Below are positions 63,996 to 64,000 of a stretch of 64,000 nt of DNA, in pieces. The notes under the pieces are model-generated. The model was not told the origin of the DNA. It ran no database searches and worked only from the letters and a program-made list of their open reading frames with translations. The translations under genes and the position numbers were made by a program. Source of the stretch: Glaucostegus cemiculus (taxonomy: Eukaryota). Location: the NCBI GenBank assembly GCA_976551045.1, contig CDPCPM010000091.1, positions 6,944,001 to 7,008,000 of the forward strand, written 5' to 3'. The first letter of the stretch is position 1. The number at the start of each line of letters is the position of its first letter.

Positions 63996-64000
63996 ATTTG

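Noticed and set aside
1-64000. CRISPR array or prokaryotic defence system
   Set aside because: Spliced vertebrate gene and eukaryotic retroelements; no regularly spaced repeat-spacer array seen.

Overview
Vertebrate genomic DNA, most likely a cartilaginous fish (ray/shark-type repeat repertoire: HE1/V-SINEs, CR1, Rex1/Babar, RTE, L1 and Penelope-like elements). The one host gene is ZRANB1 (TRABID; NZF x3 + AnkUBD + OTU deubiquitinase) on the + strand. It has a CpG-island promoter and probable non-coding first exon at ~17.9-18.7 kb, then seven coding exons from 21020 to 62149 that splice in frame (1678 nt) and place the catalytic Cys at codon 443. The last exon(s) lie beyond the window. The rest is mostly retroelement debris. 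Best observations: (1) an ATF4-like uORF-rich leader, including a perfect-Kozak start-stop element GCCACC-ATG-TAA and a uORF overlapping the main start; (2) many decayed minimal hammerhead-ribozyme motifs in Penelope terminal repeats; (3) a CR1 insertion whose 5' junction captured an inverted and a direct copy of DNA 2.1-2.4 kb away; (4) a triple-nested CR1/Rex/Rex insertion with resolvable junctions; (5) an L1 with TSDs placing a sense poly(A) signal just after the NZF-encoding exon. Repeat boundaries were read by eye and are approximate unless a TSD is quoted.
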